From Lepidodermella squamata (taxonomy: Eukaryota > Animalia > Gastrotricha), in the NCBI GenBank assembly GCA_047495785.1, contig JBLDXI010000015.1, positions 2,170,001 to 2,234,000 on the forward strand: a stretch of 64,000 nucleotides of DNA, read 5' to 3'. A program made the position numbers and the translations under genes. Of the stretch, positions 48,801 through 62,800 are shown piece by piece. Position 1 is the stretch's first letter. Each line of letters opens with the position of its first letter. The notes beneath the pieces were generated by a model. That model saw only the letters and a program-made list of their open reading frames with translations, made no database searches and was not told the DNA's origin.

Positions 48801-51800
48801 CTTGTCATTAGTGGTAGGTCCTCTATAAATCCCACGATTCAAATAATTTTCTTATGATTACGATAACTTACGTGTAGTAGAAGTAAAAAGCTATTGTCTG
48901 TCCTACAGATGACATGTAAGAGCACAGGTAACCTCGGTCGTAGATAGATTTTGCGTCTAAAACACTCGAGCCGAGGGCGTTATTACCCTGGTTTGCGTAA
49001 AAACATACTTAAACTGATGATAATGTTCTACTGTTTGTAAAACCTACATCTTTGTCGAGTTCAATGCCGGCCCGAGTTCCGTTAGGACGGAGTTCCACTG
49101 CTCCATTAGCTCGATTTTTCGGACCATTCACGTAGTTCCATTGTTGGTATTGCGGATTGGCTGTTGTTCCAACGTTAACGGGCGAGCCGTGAAATTCGTG
49201 GCCCGAAATGTCGTAGGTGAGAAAGCGGGCATTCAATGGCCAAAAAAGTATTAAATCATTGGCATTGCTGAACAGTCCTGAATCTTTCATAAGATAAAAA
49301 TAGTATTCGAGGCGATGGCTATGAGTTTAAAGCACAAGGGCTTACATTTTCCGTAATAAAAGTTCAATGTATCTACACACATTTTGCTTACTCCGAAGTT
49401 AGGATCAGACAGATCTTCAGGTAGCAACGGTATGTCGTACATCATAAAACAAGCCAATTTGCCGTACAAATCCTAAAAGATGTCAATTACCCAGGAATTA
49501 CATTTTAAGCAGTTTAGTTCATTTACATAAACACCACCTAGCCCAAACCTCATCCCAGATGATGCAACAATCGGATAAGGCGCTGCAGCCTGTGTATATT
49601 CTTTATACCCCTTCGGGCTCGAGATGCTCATAAACCAAATCGATTCGATGCGATTGTACATCAATACTGCTCGGACCCAGTTGTTGCAAAGCATGCCAGT
49701 AGCGTTGAGGGTTACGGTAGTATACATTGTTCCAACAGGACTCATAACGAAGAAAATCAATCTGTCGCAGTTTTCAACAAAGGCCTGAGTCTAAAAAATG
49801 AATAATTTTATTGAATGAAACGACAAACGGCAAAGCTCAATAAGCTCAATTTTAATCGCTGGCACAAAACTACTTACGTTGCCAGCTTGCAGTTGGGAGT
49901 GAGTAAATAGTCCATGATACTCGTTCCAATTCACTATTTTTTGTGAAGTCGTATTATAGCTCGCTTTCGCGTAGAACCAAAAAACATAAGTGAACGAGCT
50001 GTTCGATCCAACAGTATTGTAAAATTCCCCGGAATTGACTTCGGCAATTGTAGTAACACCATCAACTTTGTTAAATGAAGACGCCGAATATGGCAAACCC
50101 GTTGGTCCTGTTCCCGAGGCTACTCGCACTGGTGTAAATCGAGTATGATCCCTGCCGGAAATGTCCCTGAACATCAGATCTCGACCCATCGGCCAAAATC
50201 CTCGCAGGTTCGCTGGTTTATACAGCATATTATTCAGCCCGCCATTCCTGGGATTAGCGTCAGAGAATTGCTTGCAGAACGACGTCAACACTTCGAGATC
50301 GGATATGTTGGTTAGTAAGTTACTCGCATAGATATATAGGCAAAAGAAGTTGCCGTTCATTTGCGTAATTATAGGTTTAACTAAGGCATCCTTTTTCGAT
50401 GCGAATGGACTCGAAATATTAGCTCGACCAATGCCAAAGCCATTCATCATTGGTATGTCATAATTTGCTCCAATCGTCCGACTGCCACAGGTAGAGTCGC
50501 CAGCCATCACCGTTAAATTTCCGCTCGGATAGTCGAAAAATACTCCCAATGGGAAGGTCGATCGACGCTCCGCTCCGCTCGGATAGCATGACGGAAAAGA
50601 GATCCGCGTATCATTTTGCACGAAATTAATAACCAACGTTGCGTTTGCAGTATACCATATGACCATACCTTGATAATTATCCCAGCCGGAGTAGGTGATC
50701 AGCGGTCCTACTGTATCGGCTGAACTGAGCTTTGGGTAGCTTCGATAGACAAAGAAAACCATCGAAAATGAAGACCGGTACAGGCTCATCGATAAACGAT
50801 CACGTTTGTCGTTAAACACTAAAGCGCCACTGCTGTAAACATTACGCTTTAACCACGTGTTTGTTCTCCAGATTAAGGGCACCGGCGTAGTGAATGCAAA
50901 GACCTTTCCAGTCCCTTCCCTGCCAGCATACGTGTCGATCAACGGCCAGAATCCTATCATTTCATAAGGCTTCGGCAGCTTTGTCGGAAACCCTTGAAAA
51001 ACCTTATTCTTAATTGTGCGTAATTAAGAGGCTGTCCGATAATTTTACGTTGTGCTATAGTCTCGTCCAAATATGTTTCCATCGCCGTCGCATTGTAAAA
51101 GCCGTCCACCTCATGAAACGAGTTTCCAGTTGAACTTGTTGGCAGGGCTGTCATCAGCGTGAATCTGAAAAATTAATGATTCATTCTTTCCGCACATATC
51201 GTTAGCGTCGTTGAATAACTCGGATTTAGCTTGTATACGTCCTCGAACAGACACAATTAGTAAGGTTGTTCTACTTACCCTGCAATGGCTCCGTCCCAAG
51301 TAGCTCCAGTCGTCGGATTTTGGCCGAAAATCATCCCGTACTGTGAGGAATCCACCGTCGCCGAAGATGTGGTAGCTTGCGCGCAAGGTTTGGAGCCAAC
51401 AAATATGTAGTAGGTACCCCAAGCGTCGAGGTAAACACCTATAGAAGTGTTAATTTAAGTTACCAACTTGTAAGTTTCAATGTAAGTGAAAAGATCGTTC
51501 CAAAGCTACCGTACTGCCCGAAAAAATGACAACCTCAAATAAATGTCAGAGGTTAGAGGTCGTTCGAAGAATAAATGTCAGGCCCGAATAAAACGTCATT
51601 GGCGGGGACAATACGGAAGATACTGATATACAATTTCTACTCTTTGCACTCAGAAAGGTCAGTTACCGATTTTTTTGGTCAAAATACGTAGAATGTGAGG
51701 TATGCCATTTTGGTTACCTAGGCAGTCACTTGATTTTTCCGATAAATAAATGTCAGTCCCTGTTAAGTGTCAGGGATTTATCAACATCTCAAAAATACAG

Positions 51801-54800
51801 AAGTGTCCTCAAATATATGGTGTAATGTGGTCTTCTTTCCGACAAAAACCTGTTTTTCGCCCCCTTACACTTCGTTATCAAAGTATCAAGCTCAGCTTAA
51901 AGTCAGCTCAGCTTGCGGCGCGCCCAGCGTATTCACACCTTAGCTCAACGTACAAGCTCCGCTTGTTATAGCCGAAGCCAGCTAACCTTATCAAGTTCAC
52001 CTTACTAGCGGGCAGGTTCAGCTGAGCGTAGAAGAATATTGAGTACGAGAATATTGGTTATAGTTGAACACGCTGAGCTGGTTTGTCTCCGATCGCAAGT
52101 TCAGCTTGTCAGCTGAGCTTGTTAATGACATTATTAAGCTAAGCTGACAAGCTGAGCTGAGCTGGTTATTTATTACGCTGAGCTGAATTAGCTGAGCTTG
52201 TTCATAATTTAGCTAAGCTGACTTCAAGCTGAGCTGACTATAAGCTGAGCTTGTTAAATAACGAAGAGCAAGACGGCTGTTTTTCAGGCCTAATTTTGTG
52301 AGGTGAACGAATTTTTTGACGCGCTTTTCGCCAAAAGATGCGCCTTGAAAATCTGCATATCGTAGTGTTAATCACGGTAAAAATATAAAAATATCCAGCA
52401 GATGTATTCACAGGTAACTGACTCGGCTAATTTCGGACAGCTCAGTGTGAATATTTAGATTAGGGTCAAAGTTCACATTAAAACGAAATAAAATTTGAGA
52501 GCAGATTTAAGAATAAATTTCATGTTGAGTAATTTGAACCCGCGATAGCGAATTGGGATAGTGAACGCAGTTCGCAGTGCTATTCTCACTAAAAAAATTA
52601 AAGCTAATAAAATGTCAAGGTCCATTAAATTCTCAGTAGTTTGAGACTGTCTGAAATATGCCGGGGGATGTCGGTTTTTCTGGCTGAATTTCAGGACAAA
52701 TGAGCAATTAGAATTTGTTCCAAACGTTCCAAACATAACTATCTAATTGATGCGATGAGCTCTTTCTTTTGCGCTTCCATCCGGCACAAAATACTGTCAT
52801 TTGAAAAAGTTTGCAATTCTTTACCTTGGCGCACACCTGCGAAGAAGTACAACCATTCTTCGTAAAAAAATCCGTTTCTCATGTTTCAGGTCTCATTCGG
52901 AAGAGGAGACTCTGGGCTATATCATTCTTTTGAACGGTATTTCTATATACCAGGGTTGAGAAGAAACTCGCGCTCAAAGCCAAAAGTGTCCGAAATTACC
53001 CTGCCCGAAAAAAGACCGCGTTACAGTGGGCCGAGTAGCTTGGCCAATTTGATAATTTACGATATAACAGTCGTAAACATAGCGTAACATGCGTAAAAAA
53101 CGATACACGCCATACGCAATAAAGCTATGTAGCTATAAAAAGGGTTTGTGTGGCCTGATAGTCACCAAGGTTGCAATAACAAAACACCCCTGGGTTTGTT
53201 AAGCTGAGATTAAGCGCGTTTATCATTGTTCCATCCCGGAGAAGGTCAAAGAAGGGTAAGTCATGCATCCGATCTAAATTATCAATTACCTTTGCTAGAA
53301 GCGCATTTCCGGGCCCGCCTATGTTTCGCATGCGCGCACAATCCTATTGGTTGAACGATCACGCGTATCCCATCAAAGGTGACATAACGAAAATGTTTTC
53401 AGTTTTTAGAAAAAAAATTTGAGCGATTCTCCGTCGATTGGATATGGGGTTCTCGTTCTAAATTTTTATTTTTAAATTCAGGGAACATTTTGCCAGGAGT
53501 CCAGGCTGTTAATTCGCGGTAAAACTGTTGCTTCCAATATTTTGATGGTAATTTTCAACTTTATTCATGAAATTATCAAATTAATTCCATAAAATGTTGC
53601 TATAACTGACCAACAATAAATTGATATAAAATATGTCGCATTTGTTTTCGCCTGAAGACCTTGAGACGAATACACTACCTAGGTACACACAGGTGGAAGT
53701 AAGTAGCTGTAGTAGTTTTTCGGCGGTTTTAACTGTTGGTCTAGGTACTCTTCTTCAGACTGACTGATTAGGTTCGAAAAATTAAGGGCAGAGACCCTAA
53801 ATACAAGGCACGACTTGAAGGCCGTTTGAAAAAATACAGGGAAGTGTCTTATAATCCGTAAAATACGGTGTATCATTTTGACGACGAAGCAGAAAAAAGC
53901 TGCTGTTGCCGCCCCAATGCGAGCGCAGGGTCGCCTTTCATATGCCATCCTTATGCCTCATCCTGGTTAGAGGACGTTTCAACGCGTGGTAGCCGCCAGT
54001 GCTGGAAAACATAAAGCAAAAATGGCTTGGCACGCAGGAAATTTCAGGAGAATATGGAAATTTTCCTTCAGGTAATGTTAACATTTTGCATTGAAATGAA
54101 CAATTTCGACTGGAAAAATTCGCGTTTCGCCTAATGCAACATGATATCCCGGCAGGAACTTCTGGTGCAAAGAAGGTCTGGCCTGGCTAAGACAAAGAAA
54201 AATGGCAGATTGATAGTCTGGTTTACAAGAATAGTCAGGAGCAGGACCTCTATATTAAAACTAACTCTTTTTGGTTGAACTCAAAGATGAATCCTAATAT
54301 TAGGCCAAATAAGTAAACTAATACTCAATGAACTTACCTATACGATTCCAAGCATTCGGCTTGATACATGGTGCCGCAACTGTGTAGGAAATGCCGCTTC
54401 CTGACCATTTCAGATAGGCTGTTAAGGTTACTTTTCCGTCGTATTCATAGGTGCTTCCACGGAGATCCGGCGACACAGAGTAAGGCTGAACGTAGCTGAA
54501 AACTACGCCAGATTTGTTTAGCTGTGCATACATCCAAAAGCGGAACGTCCATCCTTGCGAACCTCGAAGGTTACCAACCCACTTCGCCGACGTGTCGTTA
54601 ATTAAGATTCCCGAGTTCATAAGATGTGGATGGAATTTAACGGCTGTTCCGGGTATCCCAGTCGGTCCGGCTATCAGGGAAACATTTGCCACCGACCTGA
54701 ACGCCTCGGCTGGCAACAGTGATAGGGTTTTTGTCGTACTGCTCTCACGTGAGACGTCTCGCAAGCCATAAAGTCGGTTCATAGCGAACGCGAATCCAGT

Positions 54801-55998
54801 CGACATCAACATTGAGTCGCTGTTGTCAGATGGATATATAACTGTTGTTTGGCATACATAAGATAGACAATAAGAAACATGAGCATGAAGTTTTCAGATG
54901 TTGTGCCTGGCAAATTAATCGTGTATGGGGAAGTATCTTAGCTATAGGCATTCCCAGCCAATTGCAAGCCACCTCAAGATGGGTGCTAACATCCTTTTTC
55001 TGCGCCAAGTCCCTTCCCCTGAAATGATAACATGTGCCCGCTATGGCGACGAGGCATACCTGTTCATTATGCGACGTGCGATCATTTTCATTTCTTTTGC
55101 TTAAAATACTACACATTCGCGCACTAGGAAAAGTTACCGTCAAATGGAACTTAATGCCGCGTCGCCAGCGGGCCATGTTAACGCTGAACCGAGCCCATTC
55201 TGATATTCTGTGAAATGTGTCAAAACCAGACTAAAGTCTCACCATCCTTAATGGTTTAGCGAGAATCCTGAGTACATAATTTAAGGATTTCAAAGATTTG
55301 CATTTCACACTATCACTTAAGCTGTCTAATTTTACATTGCATTGTGGTCATTGAATTGTGTATTGATCAGTTTACCATATCTGCAGTAGCTCAGGTGCAG
55401 GTTTGAGCAATTCGTATGGCCATAGCTTGACAATTTGGTGTCCCAGAACCCACATCTGCCAATATAAGCGCTATTGCTGGTCGAGAAAGCTGAAACTTGA
55501 AAAATAATCCCAAGGTTTGTACCGCTCTCCTAGAGAAATTTAATAATATAGCATACTAGGAGCCAGCCAGCCAGGCACATTCTGCGAATCATCAAAATAG
55601 TCCCAAGCAGACCGCGCTGTGCTGTAGTAGATCCCCATCCATCTCGGGCCTGGAGTCGTTGACCTGCAATGATGAAATTATTTGTTCTCATTCTGCTGTG
55701 CGAACACGCTAATTTGTGTATCAACTCAATATCCAGATTTGGAAAAGGAGCGCCGCGATAAGTTGCAAGCATGCCACCTGGGGCCATGCTTTTGCAAGCT
55801 TCTATGGCATCTGGCCAACTCAAAGGCGTCGGGTTGATTTTGAAGCAAGAATTCCAGCTGAAAAACCAGCCGACCGGGCAATGTCCTACAACGAAATTAT
55901 TTCGAGCATAACACTTTAGAATATTTCTTACGGTGTGCATAGGCTGCTCGTATCAAAAAGACCCAAACAAAGGTCAAGGTGATTATCTTCAGCCTCAT
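30867..55998 (-). CDS. Giant polycystin-1 family protein (PKD1L/PKDREJ-like), multi-exon, roughly 6000+ aa
   Basis: Signal-peptide exon 55998-55932 (MRLKIITLTFVWVFLIRAAYA). Then C-type lectin, LamG/ConA-like, WSC, F5/8C, PAN-like, PKD and REJ regions; GPS (CIFWD..WSTSGC..CFCNHLTSF); PLAT (YEITVWTG..WHDNSG); TM/TOP/channel region; stop at 30867-30869. Some 5' exon boundaries are uncertain. Confidence 0.9.
51870..52266. mobile_element. MITE-like fold-back element in the large intron (~51439-54337) of the PKD1-like gene
   Basis: Ends CTTCGTTA...TAACGAAG with mirrored arrays of AAGCTCAGCT / AGCTGAGCTT; no clear TSD. Confidence 0.7.
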
Positions 55999-56866
55999 AA
56001 CTTTCTTATTTTCCGCCCAACTCAGTGCAGGTTTTATGAGTTTGAGAAAATTTATCGAAAAAACTAGGCGGCGTGAGTTTGATTTTGATTCGGCTGCTGT
56101 GAGATCGATTGGCTACCGTTGGCTTGAATGACATGTTGCCGTGCAATGGCACCAAAAACGCGTTGCCATAAATTTGTGCTTGGAAACAGCGAGAGAGCAA
56201 GCCCAGACGAGTTTTGGCTTGCTGTTGTTCGATTTAAGAAGGGCGCCCATATTTCACATGCTGGTTTCTATTTATAATCGCGCCAATTCGTTTGATTGCG
56301 AATTTACTAAATTATGTTATATGGTTTTACGGCGTAGAAGGCGTGCCAGCGGTACGGTGCGAGTTCTAATTTTTCCGAACCAACAGTTGTTGCTTCTTAT
56401 TTTTGCTTCTGATTGAGAGAACATTTTGCGAATCTCGACTCGCCTTCCGTAGAGGACGGTCTAGTTTAAACAGCCTTAAACAGCCTATATAAGTGCAGCC
56501 TTGACACCATCGCGACTAGACCTCATGAATCAAAACACATGCCGAGATTAAAGTTTATTACAGGACAAGATCGGAAATCGCTCAATTCTTTAAAAGCACA
56601 TGAGACATGACAACGATTTAGGGCCTATCCAAGTTATTATCTGAGAAAGCTAAAGCTGAAGCAGAACTATTTATTTCGATTTGATGAATTTGATGTCGGA
56701 TAACTACCATATTCGGGTGCTATCAGTAGGCATTATACATTATCTGGGAGCTTTGTGATGGATAGCCTTATTGCAGCTATCCGCGCAAAAAGTTTACAAG
56801 ATCAAAGCGATTCTAAAATAGAGATATAGAAATAAGAAGAAATTTCTGTTATTTCACCGGATTTTA

Positions 56867-59800
56867 TCAGTCAGTTGTGTAAACATGGCGAACGCTGCGC
56901 TGAAGGGTTTGCTTGTCAAACATATCCGGGTATTTACGGCATGTTTCGTCGACTTTCTTCTCCAGCTTTTCCATCAACGTCATCATGCGATTCGTGAATC
57001 GCTCGATTTCATTCTCATGAATGGCTGAATTTCAAATTTGAAGAATAAAAATGGCAATAAATGAGCACCATACCCTGCTCGGTGTACAGAAATCGCTTAT
57101 CCACGGAAAGTGCTGGAGGTCGGCGTTCGACCATGCCAAGTATTTTCTTCAGCTTCACGAACATAAACTCGAAAACAGCCTGCTCTTGTTTAAGCAGATG
57201 GCTGTCCATGCTCGCTTCTTCATAAGCGAATACAATGAATGCAATCAGGAAATTGGTCAGAATTATAGAAACAACGAGCGAGAAGATAGTGAAGAAAATT
57301 GGTCCCATAAGTGGGAAAATCAATCGAAGAGTTTTGTAGTCGAAAACACCGAGTTGCGTTGCGAAAAGGGTCTCCAGAGTAGAAACGAACGACGTATAAC
57401 CGTCTATATGACTGTTGAAAACTAAGAAGCCCCATTGCGCGAACGCCAAGAAAACGATAGCGAAAACTAGAGTGAAGTTGAGTAAAACCTCCTTGGCGTT
57501 CTTCAGCGTTTGCATCATGATCATGATGTGGAGATTGAATCGTAGCAGTCGGATGAAACGAAGCGTTCCAACTGCAACAATAAATGCGGCAAAGGCTGAT
57601 ACTACGAAGTCGTATACTACGATGAGGTCCAGATTCGTGTAAGTTGTAGTTCGCGTCCTGAAACGGCCAGACATAAGCTTGAAGGCAGCATAGCGGGCTC
57701 CGAACATTCCAGCCCAGAGAATGCACGAGAGAAGGTGGAAAAAGTCAAGAACACACCAGAAATTTGTCCAGTAGGCCTTCACGCCTGTTCGCATTTTCAA
57801 GCACTCACGGACAAACAGCAGAAATATCACCAAGAGGCACAAAACTTGAATAGCCAAGCTTAGCTTTTCTCCTTGGGTATCATACGATTGAACCCTATGG
57901 AAAATAAAAAGCTGATCAAGAATAATGCCGACTTTAACGACTTACTTGAGAATATAGCAGTAAGGTCTTGCTAGAATTCCACCGGTCTCCGGAAACTCGA
58001 AGATGTTCTGCGAAACTGAGAACAAGCTCCTGGCAGGGTTGAATAGGTTGAACTCGATGAAGAGAGCTCTGGTTCTATCGTCAAGCCACTTGTTGATGAA
58101 AAGGTCGTTTAAAACACTTCGAGCCTCGTCGAGGTCCTTGGGGAGATCAACAACGTAGCCGCCGCCATCGTATAATGCTAGATTTCCAGATGTTGGAGTG
58201 GTACCTGTTTTCAAGGTTGACATGTATGTCCAACCCAGTGCACCTGTCGCTTTCGGAAAAGGGGTTGTGGTCGTAGTGAAAACTCTAGCCCTTGTTGTTG
58301 CATTCATTTGCGAAGGATTGTGGGTTGTTGAAATGCCATCCGAAGCTTTGATGGCTGGTGTCCATCCGACGCTGAAATTCCGCGTCTCCTGATTGAGAAG
58401 CGAGAACGCAGAAGAACACGGTGTGCCAGTCCTCCTGAATGCTTTATGCACCCGGCAACCGTCTGTTCCGACTCGAAGTTGCCTCAGACGAACGGTTCCC
58501 GCCAAGTATATTGCCTTATCTTGGGTGAAAGATCCTGGCTGGTCGTCATCGGCCCCGTTGTACCATTGCCTATCGATTAAGGCTGGTAACAATGTATTGT
58601 TCAGGTAGACCCATATTTGCTCGTCCCGGATTACATCAGTGATTTTTACTGCTTTTCCCGGGCTGTCTGCATATACCCCAGCGAATAGCAGGAGACGGGA
58701 AGATTGTTGCATCTCCCACGTCCATGGATCGACGTTGTTATAAGCCACAAACATGACCATGTAAAGGAAGAAAATGTAAGATCCAATCTCTCGAATTACG
58801 CGCCAGAGTGCCTTTTCTTTCATCCGATTTTCCCGAGCAATTTTCAACTCTTCAGGGTCGGGAGGTAGGAAAATGAAGTCTTGGCTTTTCTTCTGGCGCT
58901 CTTCACGTATTTTTTCTACATCCTCAGCTGATCTACCCACAGGGCGAACGTACTGCTCGTCATCTTTCAATTTCATCATTTCATCGATATCGTCATCTTT
59001 GGCTGGGTTCTTGATAACCAGCGCATAGAAAAGGACCATAATGACTATTTTGATTGGTTGCATAAATAGGATATCTGTGAATAAAGAAACGACCATAGCC
59101 GCCAACCACTCTGTCGCCTTTTCTGGTCCTAGCGCGCCACCATACTCGACAATAGCCCAGAATGCCACCCCGCATGTAGCCGCGGCGAGACAGTAAGCAA
59201 CTATAGTACACCACCAAGGGAGTGTGAATGGTTTCTTGACTTCTTTTTTGATGGGCTTCTTCCGGGACAGTGTTTTGCTAGACTTTGATGAAATACTGGA
59301 AATTCTATTTCTAGAAGCCTCTGTTTCAGCTCTTTCTTTTATAGCTTCGACTTTTTTCTCACTCTTGGATTTTCGGCGTTCGCTCATCCGGAACAACTGG
59401 ACGATTAACAAGTTGACCGGCGTGACAATCAGGGCGGATATTATGCTCATCATTAGCTTGTCAGTAGTCATAGAAATAGGACCTAGACTCAGCCTAATCG
59501 CATCGGGTCGATCTCTTGATATGCCGAAAAACATAATATTGGCCAGCATTGTGCAGTACAGGATGGATAGGCAGCATGTTAGACGCTGAGTTCTTGTGAA
59601 CTGAGATCTCGGAGGCCGGCTAAAGACTGAAATCCATAGGTGGCCATCAGTCAACTTGCGCTGCGACCTGGTAACAAACATGTGTTCGAAACCAGCTAGT
59701 AGCGTTTTATCTGCGACTGTAACCGCCCTATCGACAAAGCCATCGTCTTCATCCACGGCTAACCATCGGTCACAAACAAAGTAGAACTGTTGGTTGCGCT

Positions 59801-62800
59801 GCAGGTCGTTAACCATCATCCGGGCGAAAAACCAGCCAGGTGACTTGCCGGAATTATCGTGCCAGATTCTTAGCGTGGATAGTTTGCCCAGCGATCTCGG
59901 AACGGTCATCAAAAAGGCATCCATTGCTCCTCGCTCGAAAACCGGCCGCTCAGTGTCGTCGAAAAGGCGAATCTTAGTCTCATCTTCATCCCCAGTCAAG
60001 ACAAAGGAGACATTAGCTGTGGTTCCGGAGCCCTTCCTTTGACCGGTCCACACAGTAATTTCATAGGCATACTTATCTCGTGGTTCATTGTCAAGCAGTG
60101 GCAGGGTTCCCCATTTTCTCTCGTCATCCCTATCTTTCTTCCGTGCCCAAATCAGAACAGTGAAATAGACCGCGAAGAGGCATATGCCAAACGCAAAACA
60201 TATGGGATTTTGGTCCAGCTTTGTGAATGCTGAATCACTCGGGTTGAAAGTGTTAATGGGCATGTCGAAGTTGGAGCCGAAAGAAGTCAAGTGGTTGCAG
60301 AAGCATTGTGTCAAACTCGGATTCCCGCCGGCAGTTGTCAAGGGGCCTACAGAGCAGCCAGAGGTTGACCAATCGTTCTTTTCTGGATCCCAAAAGATGC
60401 AACTCGCTGTGTATGAGTAAAGCCGAATCAGCGCAGTCGCCGATTTGTCCATTAGGCTTGTCAGGGTTCGGTTGATTATGATGGTTTCCGTTAGTGATGT
60501 TCCGTATTCTGAAAATAACAATAAATTATATTCTTCTTATCCTATCAAATGCAGGTACCTTGATAGAGCTGTTTCAGTAAAACTCGCAGTTCTTTCATCG
60601 GAACTGCCCGAATCCCAGCGAACAAAGTTGCCGAGGAATTCCTGAGATGACTGGTTAAAAAAACTAAGATAAATTAGATGATGACTTACGTAATGTTCAT
60701 TAAGCGATTTCCGAAGAAACACATGTTGGAGGACAAGGCCTGATTCTTCTTGCAGTTCTTACTCGAACCTCCAATTGTGGGAGGAGGTGACGTAGTGGCC
60801 GACTCAACAGCATCCGGATCTGGCGTCGTGGTCTTGAATCGTACGTTAGTCCGCTTCGTGGGGATGGGTTTGATAGTAGTGGCATTATTCACAGCCACCA
60901 CCGCCGGCTTTTTAGTTGTGGTGGTCGAAGTTGTAGGAGCAGGGGCGCTTTTTGCGATTGCACTCAACTCCTCTTCAATCCTCTGTCGGGGTAGAATGCA
61001 TCCTAAATTCGTTTCTGATGAGTCCTTTGGGTAGACGCCGTAGCGATTTAGGAACACAAAAATAGCCACTTCATCTTGAGTCGGATTGATGTCAACTAGT
61101 CTCATCTTGCGACCTCCAACTTGAAGGGTAACGTTCGCAAAAGGATTCTTGCAACTAGGGTCAATCGTGATGTTACACTCAGCTCGGGAGGCTAGCTCAG
61201 TCTGAGAAAGATCATACACTTGTTCAACGTTAATGAAGACAGCTGAATCTTTCGTGGCCATCATCTTTATTGGACGCATAGCTGGGGCCATTTTTCGATC
61301 TTGAACGGCTGTAATCAAAACTTCTGGCTGCTTGACGTTCTTTGACTCGACCATCACTTCGATGTCCCGTTTCAGGTTCTTAACAATAACCTCTACCCCA
61401 TTTTCATCGACCATCGTCAACGATTGGACCCAAGAGTTGAGATTTACGGCATTTTGTTGCAGTGAAGCGTAAGTGTTTCCTGTATTCATGGAGGCTTTGA
61501 TGTTGATCTTAATGCTGTTGACCAACTCCGTATTATTAGGGCTCTCTCCCAAGGCCACTATTCCAGGATTAACAGTTGGGCCGAAAGTCTCACCAGCGTC
61601 GCCAAGTTTGAAAGAGCCGCAGTCATCATCGGCTCCGCTCGACAGCGTGGCTAAGAATTAAAACAACAAAAATTCAGGTATGAGATTTCTTTCTTTACTA
61701 CCATTATTGAGGTTGCCGATGAAATTTGACGAAAGCCTCATTTTACTGGTACTTCCACCGATAACCGATGGCGTCTCTTGGACGCCTTTCCGCGACAAGA
61801 CCAGAGTCATTATTCTCTAAAATGCACAAATGATAATGAAGTTTTAACGGGAAAAGTACAACCTCTTGCAGATCAAGGAATTCGATGATCATTTCAGTAT
61901 TTTCCGGCGACTGCTTCGATTTGTCGACCGTTGAGTCAGGAAAGGCAGAAGTTGTCGTTCTGAGCGGATTTTCAATCTGCTCGTATCCAGCCGCGAAATC
62001 CATGAGCTCTGAGAACATGCCGAATGCATTCACACAAGCACTAGAAGCTGCGTCCATATCGTTAGGGTCGATCGAATCGTCTGCGGACAGTTGCTCCAGT
62101 ACCTTAACAGCAGGTTCGAAAGCAGCAAGTATTGCTTGCTGAAACCAATCACAAAGTATTTGAAAATTCGAGTATTAGAAATACTCACTCTGAAAACGAT
62201 TGAAACTGCCTGTTCACGAACACTTTGCAACAATCCCAGGAGCGAGCAGTAGCTTTTTGCCGAGTTCGCGCTCTTGTTCGAAGCTCCAACTGTTTTAATC
62301 CATTCAGCGATTGATCGGCGCATCTAACAAAATTCAGTGATGGGGCAAATAACATCTCTTAAATGTAGGAACCTCTCGAAGTGATGAAATCTCATATTGG
62401 TACCGCTGGAAGTCTTTGTCGATGTACTGTTTTTCTTCTTCACGAATAGAATCACTAACAGACTGGTTATCTGAAATAAAAATGATTTAATGGCCACGTA
62501 AAAGGTCTGCCAGCATCTCCATACTTATCAAATCCCAATCTCCAGTATATGGTTCTTGTAGATCGAAGCCATTTATAGCGATAACCATCGGAATCAAGTT
62601 AGACACAAGCAGGTCTGGGCTCAGTTTAGTTGCATATCCAGCAATTGTTTCGACTTGAGCCTCAAGTACCGGTAAGTCACGAACTGGTAAGATTTTCAAG
62701 CCTGAAAAATCGATATAGGCAACCGCATCCACACTATCATAGCAGTAAGTTCGGATGATCAGGGAATAATTTTGCGATTCCAGCCCTGACGGAAGGACTG

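Noticed and set aside
30867-56869. Stop codons of the two PKD1-like genes are exactly 26,000 bp apart
   Set aside because: The offset drifts upstream as intron lengths differ (about 25,979 near the window end); a coincidence.
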